A stretch of DNA of 64,000 nt from Pirellulales bacterium. Lineage in GTDB: Bacteria; Planctomycetota; Planctomycetia; Pirellulales; JAICIG01. Below are positions 60,963-64,000 of the stretch, in pieces. Under the pieces are notes generated by a model, which saw only the letters and a list, made by a program, of their open reading frames with translations, was not told the origin of the DNA and made no database searches. Location of the stretch: positions 771 to 64,770 of the forward strand of contig JBBDYJ010000037.1 in assembly GCA_040901675.1 (NCBI GenBank), in the 5' to 3' direction. Both the position numbers and the translations under genes were made by a program. Position 1 is the stretch's first letter; every line of letters starts with the position of its first letter.

Positions 60963-61094
60963 TAGGACGAGCTTCCATGCCCAAAGCAGCCCTCACGCTC
61001 CGCGTGAGGCAGCTTGTCACGCCCAGCGTGATCAAATCGGAGCCTGACAGACCGCTGGAGGGCGGCCGAAATAACAGTTCGGCGGATAGCATCC

Positions 61095-61508
61095 ATGCCC
61101 AACGTCACCGGCCTGCTGGAGAGCGCCCTGTACGTGGCCGACGTGGGCCGCTCGGCCGAGTTCTACCAGCGCGTCTTCGGCTTTCGCCGCCTGGTGAGCG
61201 AGCCCCGCTTTTGTGCCTTCGACGTGGCGGGCCGGCAGGTGCTGTTGCTGTTCGAGCGGGGCGGGTCGACGAGTCCCACCCGGCTGTCCGGGGGCGTCAT
61301 CCCGCCGCACGATGGGAGGGGCACGCTGCACTTTGCTTTGGCGATCGCCGACGACGAGCTGGAAGCCTGGGAGCGTTGGCTTTCGTCGCAGCAAGTGGCG
61401 ATTGAGAGCCGAGTCGATTGGCAGGGCGGCGGTGTGAGCTTGTATTTCCGCGACCCTGACAGTCACCTGGTCGAGTTGGCCACTCCCGGCCTGTGGAGCA
61501 TTTATTAG
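61095..61508 (+). CDS. glyoxalase/bleomycin-resistance/VOC family protein
   Basis: 137 aa. LLESALYVADVGRSAEFYQRVFGF ... HFALAI ... SLYFRDPDSHLVEL, the paired beta-alpha-beta-beta-beta VOC pattern. Confidence 0.82.
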   Translation: MPNVTGLLESALYVADVGRSAEFYQRVFGFRRLVSEPRFCAFDVAGRQVLLLFERGGSTSPTRLSGGVIPPHDGRGTLHFALAIADDELEAWERWLSSQQVAIESRVDWQGGGVSLYFRDPDSHLVELATPGLWSIY

Positions 61509-61609
61509 CTCGGCATACTTTTTTGTTGACTCGGCCTGAATTTTCCCTTACGCTCTTGGCAGTAGCGTTCGCGAAAGTGTACCTTTCGCAACCAAGTCGC
61601 ATTGAATAT

Positions 61610-62083
61610 ATGTGCCCATCTCAGGCCCATCGCTCCCGCTGGTCCAGGCCGTTTCGGCCGGCGGGCCGGTTCGTTTCCGGGTTGCTGGCAGGTGCGGCCC
61701 TGTTGGCCTTGAGCTGGGTTGGACCCCAGCAGGCCCTGGCGACGTGCGGCGATTATGTCATGGTGGGTGGGCATGCCAACAAGACATTTGAGAATTGGCC
61801 AATGGAGAATTGGATCCCTTACGACAATCGATTGCTCGGATTGGAGCTGCCCCTTGGGCCATCCGGTCCGGGCTGTCATGGCCCCGAATGCCATCGCCAC
61901 ACTCCGGCGCCCGCCTCGCCGCAGCCTTCCGTTCGAAACGGCAGCAGCGATCAATATGTCTTTTTCGGGGCAGGCAGGCTGGACAAAGCTCTCTCATTCG
62001 CCCGTGCCGTAAGCTGCGCATGGGTTCACACTTCGGACGGTTTTCCACTGCGCATCGACCGTCCTCCTCGGCACGGCCGTTAG
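61610..62083 (+). CDS. secreted Cys/His-containing protein, hypothetical
   Basis: ATG 61610. Hydrophobic signal-like segment (FVSGLLAGAALLALSWVGPQQALA) followed by TCGDYVMVGGH and GCHGPECH. Weak support. The upstream part of the track ORF overlaps the VOC gene end. Confidence 0.45.
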   Translation: MCPSQAHRSRWSRPFRPAGRFVSGLLAGAALLALSWVGPQQALATCGDYVMVGGHANKTFENWPMENWIPYDNRLLGLELPLGPSGPGCHGPECHRHTPAPASPQPSVRNGSSDQYVFFGAGRLDKALSFARAVSCAWVHTSDGFPLRIDRPPRHGR

Positions 62084-62510
62084 TCGACTCCGCGACTAAC
62101 AGCGTTGCTGCCGGCAGCCTTGATTTGGGCAGGATTCAGGTGCCGGCAGGCCGCCGCTCGAGCCAGCGCATGCACGGATCTTGCCATTGGCATTTCTCCG
62201 ATGCGCGCGGCTGTCGGGTCCGCGGCGCAATGGCTGTCCCGCGACAGCCGCCTCGACTTGGGCGCCGCGAGTAGCTGCGCGAGCGCGCTGGAATGCCGGC
62301 ACCGGCAGGATGGCGTGGCGCAGCCGCGGACCCGTGAGACGGCGGCTGGCGCACGGATCGACTCAGTCCCGCTCACTGTTGCGCGGCCGCTGCGCCCCGG
62401 CGTGATCCGTGGTGCGCATGCCAGCGTTATGGGCTGCCATCGCGTTGAAATGAATGTTCGCTGTTTATTAATTACTTCTCATTCGTCGTCTTTCTCTGGA
62501 GGATCGTTCC

Positions 62511-63506
62511 ATGCATCGTTCTCGTCATGCGTTCACATTAGTGGAGTTGCTGGTGGTGATCGCCATCATCGGCATCCTGATTGCCTTATTGCTGCCCGCC
62601 GTGCAAGCGGCCCGCGAGTCGGCCCGCCGCACGCAATGCAACAACAACCTGAAGCAGATCGGCTTGGCATTGCAGGTGTACCACGACACTCAGAAGCGGT
62701 TTCCGCCCGGGAACATTTCCTCCACGCCAGCCACGGGTTTTGGCGGGGCCGGATTCTCGGTTCACGCCAGGCTGCTCCCCTTCATCGAGAAGGCGAATCT
62801 CAAGGACCTGGTCAACTCCGAGGTCGCCTGGGACGACCCACTGAACGACGTGGCGATGCAAAAATGGGTTTCGATGTTCATCTGCCCCTCCGATTCGAAC
62901 ATCCTGATCCCGCCCGGCGCGGGCGGGCCCAACAACTACTACGCCAACCAGGGGAGCGAGATCATCGCTGGCGTTCCCTGGTCGCCCGGCAATGTCGGCA
63001 CGCCGAACGCGACGATGCCTCCGCCCAGCGGCGTGTTCTACTCCGGCAGCACCGTTAGCTTCGCCGACCTCAAGGATGGCGCGTCCGAAACGGCCGCGTT
63101 TGCCGAGAAGGTCACGGGCGACTTCAACAACGGCATCTCCACGCTCCAAAGCGACACCTTCCGCCCGGGGACCTATCCCAGCACGCCTGACGAGGCCGTG
63201 GACGACTGCCGGGCCATCGACGTGACCGACCTCTCGATGCAGGGCTACTCGAACGTCGGGGCTCCCTGGATCCGGTCGTACCATTCGACGACCAGCTACT
63301 ACCACGTGGAAACGCCGAACAAGCGGTCGTGCATGTATCCGCCGGGCCGGATCATGACCACGGCCAACAGCAACCATCCGCGCGGCGTGAACGTGGCCTT
63401 TTGCGACGGCTCCGTGCGGTTCATCGCCGACACCATCAAGCTGGAAGTCTGGCGCGCGTTGGGCACGCGCGCCGGCAAGGAAGCCTTTTCAGACCAGGAT
63501 CTCTAA
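62511..63506 (+). CDS. DUF1559 protein with type IV pilin-like N-terminal prepilin signal
   Basis: GGAGGA SD. N-terminus FTLVELLVVIAIIGILIALLLPAVQAARE. C-terminal H-x9-DG motif (HPRGVNVAFCDG). Confidence 0.9.
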   Translation: MHRSRHAFTLVELLVVIAIIGILIALLLPAVQAARESARRTQCNNNLKQIGLALQVYHDTQKRFPPGNISSTPATGFGGAGFSVHARLLPFIEKANLKDLVNSEVAWDDPLNDVAMQKWVSMFICPSDSNILIPPGAGGPNNYYANQGSEIIAGVPWSPGNVGTPNATMPPPSGVFYSGSTVSFADLKDGASETAAFAEKVTGDFNNGISTLQSDTFRPGTYPSTPDEAVDDCRAIDVTDLSMQGYSNVGAPWIRSYHSTTSYYHVETPNKRSCMYPPGRIMTTANSNHPRGVNVAFCDGSVRFIADTIKLEVWRALGTRAGKEAFSDQDL

Positions 63507-63584
63507 GAACCCTCAACATCACACGTATCTGCCTTGCCACGCACGCGCGGCAAGGCGGTACACGCACTTTTTCGGAGTTATTCC

Positions 63585-63992
63585 ATGAAATACTTTCGTT
63601 GTTCCACGCATTGTTCCAGGCATTCGTCCTTTGTCTGGTGCGCGGCCGCTGTCATTTCTCTCCTGGCAACAGGCTGCGGCTACAAGAACCAGCCGACCAA
63701 CGCCGTCCTGGCCCGGGAGTCGCTCAGGACCGCGCTGGACTCCTGGAAGGACGGTCAAACGCCCCAGGACCTCAAGCAACGTTCACCTTCGATCATTGTG
63801 GGAGACACGGCCTGGGAAGGCGGGCAGAAACTGGAGAGTTACGAGATCGTGGGGCCGGAATTCGACGACGGCGTCAACCTGCACTGTCCGGTGAAACTGG
63901 TGCTCAAGGACAGCCAGGGCAGCACGCGCACCGAGGAAACCACGTACGTCGTCGGCACCAGTCCCGTGATCACCGTTTTTCCGGAACAATAG
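63585..63992 (+). CDS. small lipoprotein, hypothetical (frequent neighbour type of DUF1559 genes)
   Basis: ATG 63585. Lipobox LLATGC. 135 aa. Confidence 0.6.
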   Translation: MKYFRCSTHCSRHSSFVWCAAAVISLLATGCGYKNQPTNAVLARESLRTALDSWKDGQTPQDLKQRSPSIIVGDTAWEGGQKLESYEIVGPEFDDGVNLHCPVKLVLKDSQGSTRTEETTYVVGTSPVITVFPEQ

Positions 63993-64000
63993 CCTTTTTC

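Noticed and set aside
62084-63058. TAG read-through joining ORF 61610..62083 to the in-frame ORF 62105..63058
   Set aside because: The downstream frame is Arg/Ala/Ser-rich nonsense. It overlaps the DUF1559 gene, which has its own strong SD and canonical prepilin N-terminus. The shared frame is best explained by chance in GC-rich DNA.

Overview
High-GC segment (mid-60s % by eye, not computed) with gene content typical of Planctomycetota, probably Pirellulales-like. The markers are a DUF1559 prepilin-like protein, a DUF1800/DUF1501 pair, an ECF sigma factor coupled to a membrane Ser/Thr kinase, Zn-ribbon signal peptidases I and a 4,088-aa surface protein. I support about 50 protein genes. I recognised no rRNA, tRNA, CRISPR array, transposase or integrase. 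Housekeeping genes include thrC, ribBA, korAB, acs, lptB, two lepB paralogues and an M29 aminopeptidase. Accessory content: a minus-strand metal-efflux operon (P1B ATPase, His/Asp-rich lipoprotein, decayed RND pump remnant), czcD, a lower-GC islet with an orphan Mod-like DNA methyltransferase plus Phd/VapC, and an HNH nuclease coupled to a small upstream gene. Most noteworthy: (1) The secreted-protein gene at 10602-11180(-) is interrupted by one in-frame TGA at the second position of the protein's only C-x-x-C-type motif (C-Y-R-TGA). A SECIS-like hairpin lies just downstream, so this is a candidate selenoprotein, set among other extracytoplasmic redox genes. (2) An ECF sigma / TPR Ser-Thr kinase / giant adhesin unit, in which the giant gene carries eight in-phase 273-bp tandem repeats. 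(3) At least four families of palindromic intergenic repeats are scattered through the window. Many long antisense ORFs in the supplied track are high-GC artefacts and are not called.
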